A DNA stretch of 20,395 bases from Chthoniobacteraceae bacterium (GTDB taxonomy: Bacteria > Verrucomicrobiota > Verrucomicrobiia > Chthoniobacterales > Chthoniobacteraceae). The stretch's first letter is position 1. Each line of letters opens with the position of its first letter. The stretch lies in NCBI GenBank assembly GCA_040081625.1, contig JBEBGD010000099.1, positions 1 through 20,395 of the forward strand. The letters run 5' to 3'. Of this stretch, positions 1 to 8,106 are shown piece after piece. The translations under genes and the position numbers were made by a program. The notes under the pieces were generated by a model that was given only the letters and a program-made list of their open reading frames with translations, made no database searches and had not been told where the DNA came from.

Positions 1-2
1 AT

Positions 3-317
3 CTCGAAACGCGCGAGCTGATCGAAGGCGGCGAGCGCCGACTCGTGACGTGGACGCTCAAGGCGAAGAGCGTTTGCGGACGGCACGATGCCCGGAAGCT
101 CATCGAAGCCTGGCACGACCCGGTGTGGACGACGCAAAACAACGAGCATCCCTTCGCCTACATCGCGACGGCTTTCCGAAACGCCGGTCTGCTCGCGATG
201 GAGGTCGCGCGCCTCGCGCCAGTCGCGCTGATTCGCAAAGGCAAACGCTTCGCGCTCGTGCCGTTCGACGCCACGCCGGAGCGCCGGCAGGAACTCCTCA
301 CCGCTCTCGAACAATGA
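3..317 (+). CDS. Hypothetical phage protein (5' truncated by window edge)
   Basis: Frame is open from base 3 (LETRELIEGGERRLVTWTLK...); stop TGA overlaps the next ATG (ATGA 314-317). Confidence 0.75.
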   Translation, partial: LETRELIEGGERRLVTWTLKAKSVCGRHDARKLIEAWHDPVWTTQNNEHPFAYIATAFRNAGLLAMEVARLAPVALIRKGKRFALVPFDATPERRQELLTALEQ

Positions 318-754
318 CCGCCGACGAACGCACGCAGACCAACCTCGACACGTTCATCGCGCCCGCGCCCGAGGCCAGCGGCATCACACTGCGGCCATTC
401 TCGGCGGGCACGCTCACGCTCTGCCGCGCGCTCGGCCTGACGATGGTGATTGGCGGCGACAAGGAGCAGCTCGAAGCACTTTCCGCCGACGACAAGCAGC
501 GGCAGCTCACCACGTTCCTGTTCATCCAATCGCAGCCGCTCGATGTGGTGAAGAAGGCGGTGCAGCTCGCACGCGACGATCGCCAGGCGTTTGAGGACGA
601 GTTTCTTCTGCCGTTCGAGCTGGAACTGCCCGTCACGGCGATGTTCACGGCGATGGCGCAACTCGAGAATAACCTCACCGCCATCGAGGCCGCGCAGATC
701 GAAGTGCTCTCGCGGCCGAGCGGGAAGAAGGAAGCGACCCCGCCCCCAAACTGA
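314..754 (+). CDS. Tail assembly chaperone, lambda gpG-like
   Basis: 146-aa acidic, helical-looking protein starting at the ATGA overlap; ends in a C CCA AAC slippery heptamer just before the stop; lies upstream of tape measure. Confidence 0.8.
   Translation: MTADERTQTNLDTFIAPAPEASGITLRPFSAGTLTLCRALGLTMVIGGDKEQLEALSADDKQRQLTTFLFIQSQPLDVVKKAVQLARDDRQAFEDEFLLPFELELPVTAMFTAMAQLENNLTAIEAAQIEVLSRPSGKKEATPPPN
745..751 (+). promoter_or_regulatory. -1 programmed ribosomal frameshift site (C CCA AAC)
   Basis: X XXY YYZ heptamer correctly phased with the last two codons (Pro-Asn) of 314..754; the -1 frame is open to 981. Confidence 0.85.
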
Positions 755-981
755 TCGAGCCGGTGTGGACGGCGAGCTTCGTCTTCACACTGGCGCGAGA
801 AACGGGGTGGTCGGAGCACTTCATCTTCTGGGAGCTGCCGCTCGCGCGGCTCCTGCAATATCAACACTGCGCGCTGCGTGCTCACGATGTCTGGACCGTG
901 CCGGTCGCGCCGGCTCCGACGACCCAACTCGAACGTCTGCTCACCGGATGGACGCCCCATGAATGCCCGGATGCGATTTGA
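751..981 (+). CDS. gpT-like C-terminal extension of the tail assembly chaperone (-1 frame)
   Basis: LIEPVWTASFVFTLARETGWSEHFIFWELPLARL...; in the -1 frame relative to 314..754; the GWS..I.WELPL pattern resembles G-T extensions. Confidence 0.8.
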   Translation: MIEPVWTASFVFTLARETGWSEHFIFWELPLARLLQYQHCALRAHDVWTVPVAPAPTTQLERLLTGWTPHECPDAI

Positions 982-1624
982 TCTGCGACAGATTCAGCGC
1001 GGCATCAAGGCGCTCGCCCCGCACGTGAAGAAATCCCGCCGCGATCTCGCCGAGGAAGCCGCGCGCGGATTCGTGAAGGAGATCGTCGCCATCTCGCCGC
1101 CGGCATCGAAAGGCAAACGCGGTAGCGCGGCGAAGAAGGCTGGTGAAGGCGCCATCATCGTCGATCTCGCCCGCGTGATGATCGCGGCGGCACGCCGCAA
1201 AGGCGTGACGCTGGGCGACCCGGCGGAGATCCACAAACGCCTGCGCGATCAGCGCACCGGCCGCATCAACCCGCGCAACTTGAAGCATCCGTATCCTGTG
1301 GACGCATCGGCATTGCGCGCGCTCAAGCGTGACCTGCTCAAGCGCGTCGGTGAACTCGCCGCCGGCTGGAACGCAGGCGCGCAGAAGCTCGGCGTGAAAC
1401 TTCCCGCGTGGGTCGCGCGCCACGGTTCCGGGCGCAGCGAAGTCACCGTGCTCAACACCTTCCGCGTGTTCCGCATCATCCTCACCAACGCGGTAAAATA
1501 CGTGAGCAACGTGGACGCCTACGACCGGCGCATCCAGTCCGCGATCAACATTCAGGGGAGGAAGATGCAGCGCAAAGCGGAGTTCTTGCTTGCGCGCGCG
1601 CTAAGAAAAGCCGGATGGAAGTGA
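959..1624 (+). CDS. Basic phage protein, possibly tail-completion/virion morphogenesis type
   Basis: ATG 959 overlaps the previous ORF end; very Arg/Lys-rich; phage-like codon usage; function inferred from position and composition only. Confidence 0.6.
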   Translation: MNARMRFDLRQIQRGIKALAPHVKKSRRDLAEEAARGFVKEIVAISPPASKGKRGSAAKKAGEGAIIVDLARVMIAAARRKGVTLGDPAEIHKRLRDQRTGRINPRNLKHPYPVDASALRALKRDLLKRVGELAAGWNAGAQKLGVKLPAWVARHGSGRSEVTVLNTFRVFRIILTNAVKYVSNVDAYDRRIQSAINIQGRKMQRKAEFLLARALRKAGWK

Positions 1625-1639
1625 GCGGCGCTTACCTCT

Positions 1640-2356
1640 ATGACTCCAGCACAGATCCAATCTTTGGCCGATGGCGTTGCAAGCATCCTGCTTTCCCATG
1701 CCGCCCATGGTCTTGCCACTTCTGCGCTCGAAGGCATGGGTGAAATCACGCTGCGTGATGGGCTGATTGTTGCCGCAGCAGCAGTGGGTGCCCACACAAA
1801 ACAGGCTTGGATACTAGACAGAGAGGTCTTGCCAGCGGGGTGGACCGACGCAGCGGTTGATCTGGTGATCTTCCGCCATGGAAATCAGAACAACACAAAG
1901 GAAGTCGGTGGCATCGAGCTCAAATGGTGGCGCCAGACCGACCCGGGAAATGCTGCAAATCGGCGGCGTGATCTGATACGCGATTTCATCCGTGCCGCCG
2001 CCCTATATTCGCTTGTAGAGGACTTCGCGTTCGTTTCTCTGCTTTCCACGGCGGGTTCATGGAGTGCGACCGCGACAACCAGTGGTTCAGATCGTGCCGC
2101 GATGACAAAGCTCGGTGCTGCCGGCTCACAGACATGGAACATTCCGAATATGATTAGTTCCAGCGCCATCAAAGGGGCCGTCAAGTCGTTGAGTGGAAAG
2201 GTTCCGATCACGAACATCTTTCATACAGAGTTACTGGCGTCGTTCTCTTTGAACAATGCAAGCGGGCTGAACGCGTTCGCGAAGGTGTGGCTGGTCAAGA
2301 AACCTCAAAACACCCAGTTCTTGCAGCCAGCGGAGATCGCTCTGTTGATACAATAG
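1640..2356 (+). CDS. PD-(D/E)XK superfamily nuclease-like protein (accessory insert)
   Basis: GEITL helix Glu, then VDLVI and GIELK motif; visibly more A/T-ending codons than flanking genes. Confidence 0.65.
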   Translation: MTPAQIQSLADGVASILLSHAAHGLATSALEGMGEITLRDGLIVAAAAVGAHTKQAWILDREVLPAGWTDAAVDLVIFRHGNQNNTKEVGGIELKWWRQTDPGNAANRRRDLIRDFIRAAALYSLVEDFAFVSLLSTAGSWSATATTSGSDRAAMTKLGAAGSQTWNIPNMISSSAIKGAVKSLSGKVPITNIFHTELLASFSLNNASGLNAFAKVWLVKKPQNTQFLQPAEIALLIQ

Positions 2357-2396
2357 AGGTTCAGAACCCAAGAGTAGGATTTTAGGAGGGACGCTT

Positions 2397-2402
2397 TTGA
2401 CA
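2397..2402 (+). promoter_or_regulatory. TTGACA motif upstream of tape measure gene
   Basis: 12 nt before in-frame TTG (2415) and 21 nt before ATG (2424); recurs at 8088, 16689 and 17151. Confidence 0.45.
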
Positions 2403-2423
2403 TCGGCGTTGCGGTTGAGCGCC

Positions 2424-4013
2424 ATGCCGAAAGCCACCGCCGTATTCGATGCCGACGACAGCCGCCTGAGCGGCGCGCTCGCGCGCATCAACGGCAAGAT
2501 GCTCGCGCTGCAATCGCGCATCGCGAAGTTCGCCGTGGCGTTCATTGCCATCCGTGCGGCGGCGGGCGTTGTGACGGCGGGTTTCGACCGATTCAAGCAG
2601 GCGCTCGATGTCGGCGGGCAACTCAATGATCTCTCGGCAAACACGGGCATCGCCGTGGCCGATCTTGTCGTGTTGCAGCAAGAGTTCGCCAACGCGGGCA
2701 AGTCGGCGGAGGACATCGGGCCGGTGTTCGGCAAGATGGCGAAGACGCTCCAAGGCGGCTCGGCGGACGACACGATCAAGAAGCTCGGCATCAATCTCGA
2801 GGAACTGAAGAAGAAGACGCCCGCGGAGCAGTTCCGCACGCTCGGTGCGGCGATCAACACCATTCAAGACCCGTCGCAGAAGGCCGCGGCGTCGATGGAG
2901 ATTTTCGGGCGCAGCGGTGCGGAGTTGCTTTCGCTCTTTTCGTCCGATGGCTTCGGCGATGCGGCGAGCCAGGTCGGCTCCCAAGCTCAGATCCTCGCCA
3001 AAGATGCAGCGCTCTTCGATGACGTCGGCGACAAGCTCGCATTGACCGGGCTGAAGGTGCGCGGGTTCTGGGTCGGCGTGGCGGAGAAGGTTGCGCCGGT
3101 GCTCAAGCCGTTGCTGGACAAGTTTGCGTCACTCGACCTCGCGAGCTGGGGACAGAAGGCCGGGGAAGCCGTTGCGTTCATCGTCCAGGCATTCGCGGAT
3201 GGGAAGGTCGGCGACATCCTGTTCACCTCGGCAAAGATTGCGTTCGCCAATGCGGTGAACTTTCTCGCCGGAACGCTGATGGCTGTGGCGCAGGCGCTGT
3301 GGCAGGCGCTCGTCGAATCGGTGAAAAACGCCATCACGCTCTTCGAGATCGTCACCACGGCGGACTTCTGGATCGGCATGGGCAAATCGCTCATGGGCAT
3401 TGCGCAGGGCTTCATCGCGTTCCTGCTAGATGGCATCGCCAAGCTGCTCGATTACCTCTCGGGCATTCCGCTCATCGGCGAGAAGATCGGCGCGGGTGCG
3501 AAGGAAATGCAGGGCTGGGCCGATACGGTTCGGCAATCCGGCCAGGAGAATCGCGATGCCGGCGGCGATCTGCTCGCGCCAGCTTTCGACAAGGCCGCCG
3601 CGCGGATGCAGGAGGCGTTCTCGAACATCGGCAACGCGATGAGCGAAGGCTTCGACAAGGGCAGCTCGCTGATCGACACGAGCGACTGGCAGGAACATCT
3701 CGATGACGCAATCGGCGGCGTGATGGATCATGCACAGGTCGTCTCGCAGCAGTCACGCGATGCAGTCGAACCGAAGCAATCAAATGGACCGATGATCGAG
3801 CCTGAAGAAGGCGGCTCGAAGAAGCCGGCGATCTCGGCAATCCAGCGGATCGGCGGTGGAGGTAATGCGTATGGCAGCGGCGATCCGATGCTCCGCGAGC
3901 AGCAGCGGCAGACGAAGGAATTGAATACGCAGACCGGGCTGCTCCGCGATGTGAAGCGGCTCCTCGATCGTTCGCCTTCGCCGAAAGCGACGTTGACTCC
4001 GGTTTTCGGCTGA
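2424..4013 (+). CDS. Phage tail tape measure protein
   Basis: ~529 aa, Ala/Gly-rich helical; GGQLNDLSANTG, LGINLEELKKKTPAEQF and ASMEIFGRSGAELL are TMP-type segments; downstream of G/GT chaperone. Start could be TTG 2415. Confidence 0.9.
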   Translation: MPKATAVFDADDSRLSGALARINGKMLALQSRIAKFAVAFIAIRAAAGVVTAGFDRFKQALDVGGQLNDLSANTGIAVADLVVLQQEFANAGKSAEDIGPVFGKMAKTLQGGSADDTIKKLGINLEELKKKTPAEQFRTLGAAINTIQDPSQKAAASMEIFGRSGAELLSLFSSDGFGDAASQVGSQAQILAKDAALFDDVGDKLALTGLKVRGFWVGVAEKVAPVLKPLLDKFASLDLASWGQKAGEAVAFIVQAFADGKVGDILFTSAKIAFANAVNFLAGTLMAVAQALWQALVESVKNAITLFEIVTTADFWIGMGKSLMGIAQGFIAFLLDGIAKLLDYLSGIPLIGEKIGAGAKEMQGWADTVRQSGQENRDAGGDLLAPAFDKAAARMQEAFSNIGNAMSEGFDKGSSLIDTSDWQEHLDDAIGGVMDHAQVVSQQSRDAVEPKQSNGPMIEPEEGGSKKPAISAIQRIGGGGNAYGSGDPMLREQQRQTKELNTQTGLLRDVKRLLDRSPSPKATLTPVFG

Positions 4014-4014
4014 C

Positions 4015-4737
4015 ATGAGCGAACCGTTGCGCACCACAGGGATCACCGGCGGCATTTCCGAGACGGGCATCGCGAGCGTCGATGTGCCGATCTACGTCGC
4101 GTCGCTGCTCGAGGCGCTGACCGTGCTGCCCAATCTCGGCATCGGCCTGCCGTATCGCTCGCGCGCGTTCGCGCAGGAAGACGACGGCACGTTCAAGGTG
4201 ACGCTGCACTTCGAGGGACTGAGCGACGACGCAGCCGATAACGAGGAAGAGAAGGTGACGTTCGAGCTCGATACGTCGATGGCTGAAGACCCGATCCAGA
4301 CGCATCCGTTTTTCGACAAACTCAAGAGCCGCTACGGCTGGGACGCGACGAAGGAACAGTTTTCGGAGACGCTGCCCGATGACGCACAGCAGGCCGCGCT
4401 CAGTGCCGGTGCCCAAGGCTCGAAGGCGAAGAAGAATCCGATGTTCGGCGTCGAGAGCTGGCTGGTGGTCGGCGCGGTGTTTCGCAAGACCTACGCGGCC
4501 CGGATCATTCCGGCGAGCATCCTGCGCGGGATTGGCACGATCGTGAGCCGGCCGCCGGGCATCGAGCAGTTCAAGATCCCGAATCCCGCGCGAAAGCGGA
4601 ACTGGCTCAAGCTCGCGCCGAAGATCAAGCGGCGCGGCAACGCGGTCGAGATCACCGAGGAATACATGCTGTCCGGGCCGAACGGGTGGCTGGCCGACAT
4701 GTATGGACAGTCCCAACTCGAAAGCGGCGGCGAATGA
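4015..4737 (+). CDS. Putative minor tail protein (immediately after TMP)
   Basis: 240 aa; starts 1 nt after TMP stop; coupled to next gene by ATGA. Confidence 0.7.
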   Translation: MSEPLRTTGITGGISETGIASVDVPIYVASLLEALTVLPNLGIGLPYRSRAFAQEDDGTFKVTLHFEGLSDDAADNEEEKVTFELDTSMAEDPIQTHPFFDKLKSRYGWDATKEQFSETLPDDAQQAALSAGAQGSKAKKNPMFGVESWLVVGAVFRKTYAARIIPASILRGIGTIVSRPPGIEQFKIPNPARKRNWLKLAPKIKRRGNAVEITEEYMLSGPNGWLADMYGQSQLESGGE

Positions 4738-5369
4738 TCATTCCGCAGTGGCCCGAAGCACGTCCGGGACAGGCAATCACTGCCGAGCTTTGGAACCTTG
4801 CTCGCGCCGCGCATCGCGCGAATCAGATTCTTGCTGGTCCAGGCATTCGCTTGCGACAAACGCCCGACGGCACGGTGATCAGCGGGCCGGATGCCGTCGC
4901 GAGTTGGGATCACCCATTTCGCGTGTCGCTGATCGGCGACAGTGGCGCGCTGATCACGCCGGGCTTCGTGAATCTGATTGAGGCGGAGATCGACGGCGAA
5001 CCGCTGAGCGCCGAGCCGGCGCCGAAGCTCGAATGGAACAGGCCCAAGCTCGATGCCGATCGTCGCGGCTACATCGCCATCGAGGTGGAGTGTGACGAAA
5101 AATGGAACGTGAAGAAGACCGGCGTGAAGCTGGTGCAGGTCGGCTACCTCAGCTCGGAAAATGGAACCGATCCGCCGCCGGACGATGAGCAGAGCGCGGC
5201 CGGCGGTGTTCCGTCGTTCACAGGTCGTCGCGCGCGATGGCCGCTCGCAATGCTCCGGCAGCGCAAGGACGGCGGGCTCGGTCTTTTCCAAATCACCCAC
5301 GGCGATCTCCAGTTCCGCGCGCAACCGCGCAGCGCCAAGGTGGATTTCGCACGCTGCTTTTTCTGGTGA
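4734..5369 (+). CDS. Putative minor tail protein, paralogue of 5366..6610
   Basis: ATGA overlap start; shares A..WN...R.N...G..(I/V)RL....DG.(V/I)IS...HP(F/W)..S and PGFVN with next gene. Confidence 0.75.
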   Translation: MIIPQWPEARPGQAITAELWNLARAAHRANQILAGPGIRLRQTPDGTVISGPDAVASWDHPFRVSLIGDSGALITPGFVNLIEAEIDGEPLSAEPAPKLEWNRPKLDADRRGYIAIEVECDEKWNVKKTGVKLVQVGYLSSENGTDPPPDDEQSAAGGVPSFTGRRARWPLAMLRQRKDGGLGLFQITHGDLQFRAQPRSAKVDFARCFFW

Positions 5370-6610
5370 GCACGATCGCGGTTCCGACGATTCCTGCCGC
5401 GGAGTGGAATAAGCTGCGCGCGATTACGCGCCGCAATCGTGCGCTCAGCGGCGCGAACGTGCGGCTGCACTGGAGCGCCGACGGTGTGATCATCTCCGCC
5501 GCGGTCACCGCCGAATACACGCACCCGTGGCAGCTCTCTTGCCGGTGGAAAGTGGACGAGAGCATCCAGCCCGCAGGCGGATTGTGGGCGGCGACAGTCG
5601 AGCCGGGTTTCGTCAACGGTCGCGACGTATTCATCTCGACCAAGCGCGACGAGCAACTCGTCGATGTGGCGCTCACCGACGAAGAGCCGCCCGAGCTGGA
5701 GATTCGGGGCTGGCGCGATCCGACGCAGCCGCAGGGCGCCAGCGCCACGCTCGATCTCGATCTGATCGTCCAAGGTGCGGAGGGCTACCCGCCGTTTTTC
5801 GATTCCCTCGGCGTGAAGCCCGCCGCGCGCGGTGGCAAAGGCTTCGCGGCGCTCGAAGGCGAGAGCGATCCAAATCGCACGCGGCAGATTCGCGCCGTGG
5901 ACGTGGTGCTGATCACTCCACGCGTCGCCGCTCGCCAGCAGGTCGATGTGCTCAATCCGCTCATCGATCAGCAGGCCGTGCAAATCTCGACCGCATTCTC
6001 GAACAATGCGCTCAGACACAATCCGCATCACCGGATCGGAGTGTTCGGCAAATGGCAGCCGCCGCAGATGCCGACCGCGCTCGACCGGCTGATGGGCGCC
6101 GCTGCGGAGCCGGAACTCGACGAGCTGCTACTCGCCACCATCTACGTGGTCTCGCCGCCCGATTATCCCGACGACGCGAAACCGGATGCGAGCTGGACGG
6201 CTTACCCGCGGTATTTCGTATTTTGGAATCTCGCTCACGCGAATCGCAACCAGGTGCCGCAACTGGCACCGAAGCCGATCACCTTTTTTCTTCCGCTCGC
6301 CGGCGGTGTCGCACAGCCGATCATCAGCGCGCTGCTCACGCCCGTGAACGACGCAGCCGCGCTGATCTATGCGTATCTGGATTCGGCTGATTTCAGCGGG
6401 AAGTTCTGGGCGCCGAGTGGCATTGGGTTTGAGACGACCAAGCGCCCGCAGCCCACCACAGCCGCCGCCGTGAAGACCGGCCTCAATCCTCTGCACCGCC
6501 GCATCGCGCGGGAAGCGAAAGCCGCGGTTGAAAATGCACCGCCGCCGCTCAATCCGCCGTTTCCCTTTCGCCGACTCGCGTTCGATCCCTGGTTCTTCGT
6601 AGTGTCCTAA
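5366..6610 (+). CDS. Putative minor tail protein
   Basis: GTGA overlap start at 5366; 414 aa; N-terminus paralogous to previous gene. Confidence 0.75.
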   Translation: MSTIAVPTIPAAEWNKLRAITRRNRALSGANVRLHWSADGVIISAAVTAEYTHPWQLSCRWKVDESIQPAGGLWAATVEPGFVNGRDVFISTKRDEQLVDVALTDEEPPELEIRGWRDPTQPQGASATLDLDLIVQGAEGYPPFFDSLGVKPAARGGKGFAALEGESDPNRTRQIRAVDVVLITPRVAARQQVDVLNPLIDQQAVQISTAFSNNALRHNPHHRIGVFGKWQPPQMPTALDRLMGAAAEPELDELLLATIYVVSPPDYPDDAKPDASWTAYPRYFVFWNLAHANRNQVPQLAPKPITFFLPLAGGVAQPIISALLTPVNDAAALIYAYLDSADFSGKFWAPSGIGFETTKRPQPTTAAAVKTGLNPLHRRIAREAKAAVENAPPPLNPPFPFRRLAFDPWFFVVS

Positions 6611-6620
6611 TTCGATCGGT

Positions 6621-7349
6621 TTAGGCGCTTGGGCTATTGAGGAATTCAAGTTGGTCTTTGAGGGCTTGTTCTATCTGGGCTCGTTGCGCCAGAAATGGCT
6701 GCTCGACCAGCGGTAGGCGAGCATGCGCCTGACTGGACTTGGTGCTGGCGTAAATCCAAAAAGCGAGAGGCGTGGCGATGAACGCGATGACGCCGATGAT
6801 CGGGGCGGCAGTCAAAGTAAGGGCCGCAACGAGGCTACCCGCGCCCAATATAAGGCAACCCGGTGTGCCGGTATCTGAACCGTGTTTGGCCCAGAATTCT
6901 TGGCGGGCCTTCTTAAGGGCTGCGTCCACAGCCGTGAGTTCCTCTCGAAGGCGTTTGACTGCTAACTCGGCTGCGGTGCGGTCGGTGCCATGCTGAACCC
7001 GAGCTACTGCCTCCTCAAGCGGCTTGAGTGATACAGTGCCGCCGCTCCGGCGGACTAACAGGCGATGCCCACAGTAGGCACAGGAAAAAACATCTAGGTC
7101 CGGCGTGATGTCAAGAGAAGCACCGCAAGAAGTGCATTTGAGGCTAATGGTTCGAGCGCTTCCACGATGTTCAACGTCGCGGGCCGATGTAGGTGCGAGG
7201 GGTGGTCGCGGTGCTTGTTTCTTTGAGGGTGTGTGGTCGGGAACGATAATTGGTTGGTTGCAGGAAGGGCACTCTCCACCCATGCCAGCTTGAGCCGCGT
7301 CAGCCGAGATATGTTGGGCGCAATGGGGGCACGAAAAGGTGAAGCTCAT
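6621..7349 (-). CDS. Double zinc-ribbon, coiled-coil, membrane-anchored protein (accessory insert)
   Basis: CPHC/CPSC and CTSC/CAYC CxxC pairs, heptad segment (LAVKRLREELTAVDAALKK), hydrophobic hairpin near C-terminus. Confidence 0.8.
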   Translation of the reverse strand: MSFTFSCPHCAQHISADAAQAGMGGECPSCNQPIIVPDHTPSKKQAPRPPLAPTSARDVEHRGSARTISLKCTSCGASLDITPDLDVFSCAYCGHRLLVRRSGGTVSLKPLEEAVARVQHGTDRTAAELAVKRLREELTAVDAALKKARQEFWAKHGSDTGTPGCLILGAGSLVAALTLTAAPIIGVIAFIATPLAFWIYASTKSSQAHARLPLVEQPFLAQRAQIEQALKDQLEFLNSPSA

Positions 7350-7352
7350 TGG

Positions 7353-7805
7353 CTATGGCTCTTCGGAAACCCCCGGTTTGCCCGCTCTCCACCATTCGTA
7401 AATTGATCGGTCATCTGGCCGAGCGGCAGGCCAAGTCGCCGCCGCCGCAACTACCGACTGGCGCATCTGCGGTCGATCGGTAATCGAATTATTCAGACCA
7501 ACTCTGATCTCTTTCGGGAGCTGGCCTGAATCGACGCCGGTCAGGATGTTCTCATTGATCCACGCCTGGTGATCCTCATTGTTGGCGAGGAAGCACTCGA
7601 AGTCCACGAGCGCCCGGAGGCGCAATGCCATATCGCGAGACTCAAGCGGATTGCCGGCGCGGTGAATCCACCAGAATAATTTGCCCGCTGCGTCGGTGGG
7701 ATTCGATGGCGACTGGCCGAGAGCCGCAGCGACATGGAGGGCCATTACCTGACCATCGCTACCCAGCCAAGACTCGATTATATCTAGCGGGCTTCGATCA
7801 TTCAT
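7353..7805 (-). CDS. Hypothetical protein (accessory insert)
   Basis: 150 aa, ATG start, ends 3 nt before start of 6621..7349; lower GC than flanks. Confidence 0.65.
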   Translation of the reverse strand: MNDRSPLDIIESWLGSDGQVMALHVAAALGQSPSNPTDAAGKLFWWIHRAGNPLESRDMALRLRALVDFECFLANNEDHQAWINENILTGVDSGQLPKEIRVGLNNSITDRPQMRQSVVAAAATWPAARPDDRSIYEWWRAGKPGVSEEP

Positions 7806-7817
7806 AGTTTTGGGTGC

Positions 7818-7826
7818 AGCGTAGCA
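7818..7826 (-). promoter_or_regulatory. Possible extended -10 promoter (TGcTACGCT) for the antisense cassette
   Basis: Matches TGnTAnnnT, 12 nt upstream of ATG 7805; no good -35. Confidence 0.3.
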
Positions 7827-7981
7827 GCGCCCAACTCCAATTAGACGACAAATGTCGCAGCAAAAAGCGACAGAGCGGCGGATAAAACGGACGGCGGCTG
7901 AAGCGGTGCGAGCGGAAACGCGACGGCATGGCGGACATCACTCCGGCGTCTCCCGCCAAAGGCAAGCCGGAACCTTCTTTC

Positions 7982-8038
7982 CTCGTTCCCAAGCTGAGGT
8001 CTTGGGGACGCGCCTTGCGCGGGGAAGCTCTGCTTCGC
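7982..8038. repeat. REP-like palindromic element (partial)
   Basis: Hairpin CGTTCCCAAG-ctgaggt-CTTGGGGACG (7984-8010) plus GAAGC-tct-GCTTC (8024-8036) in an intergenic gap. Confidence 0.6.
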
Positions 8039-8087
8039 GGCTGGGGGCAGGAGGCGTGCGCGTGCCGAACCTGCCACCCACCGCGCT

Positions 8088-8093
8088 TTGACA
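8088..8093 (+). promoter_or_regulatory. TTGACA motif upstream of large tail protein
   Basis: 13 nt before GTG 8107. Confidence 0.5.
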
Positions 8094-8106
8094 CGCGGTG
8101 GCGGCA

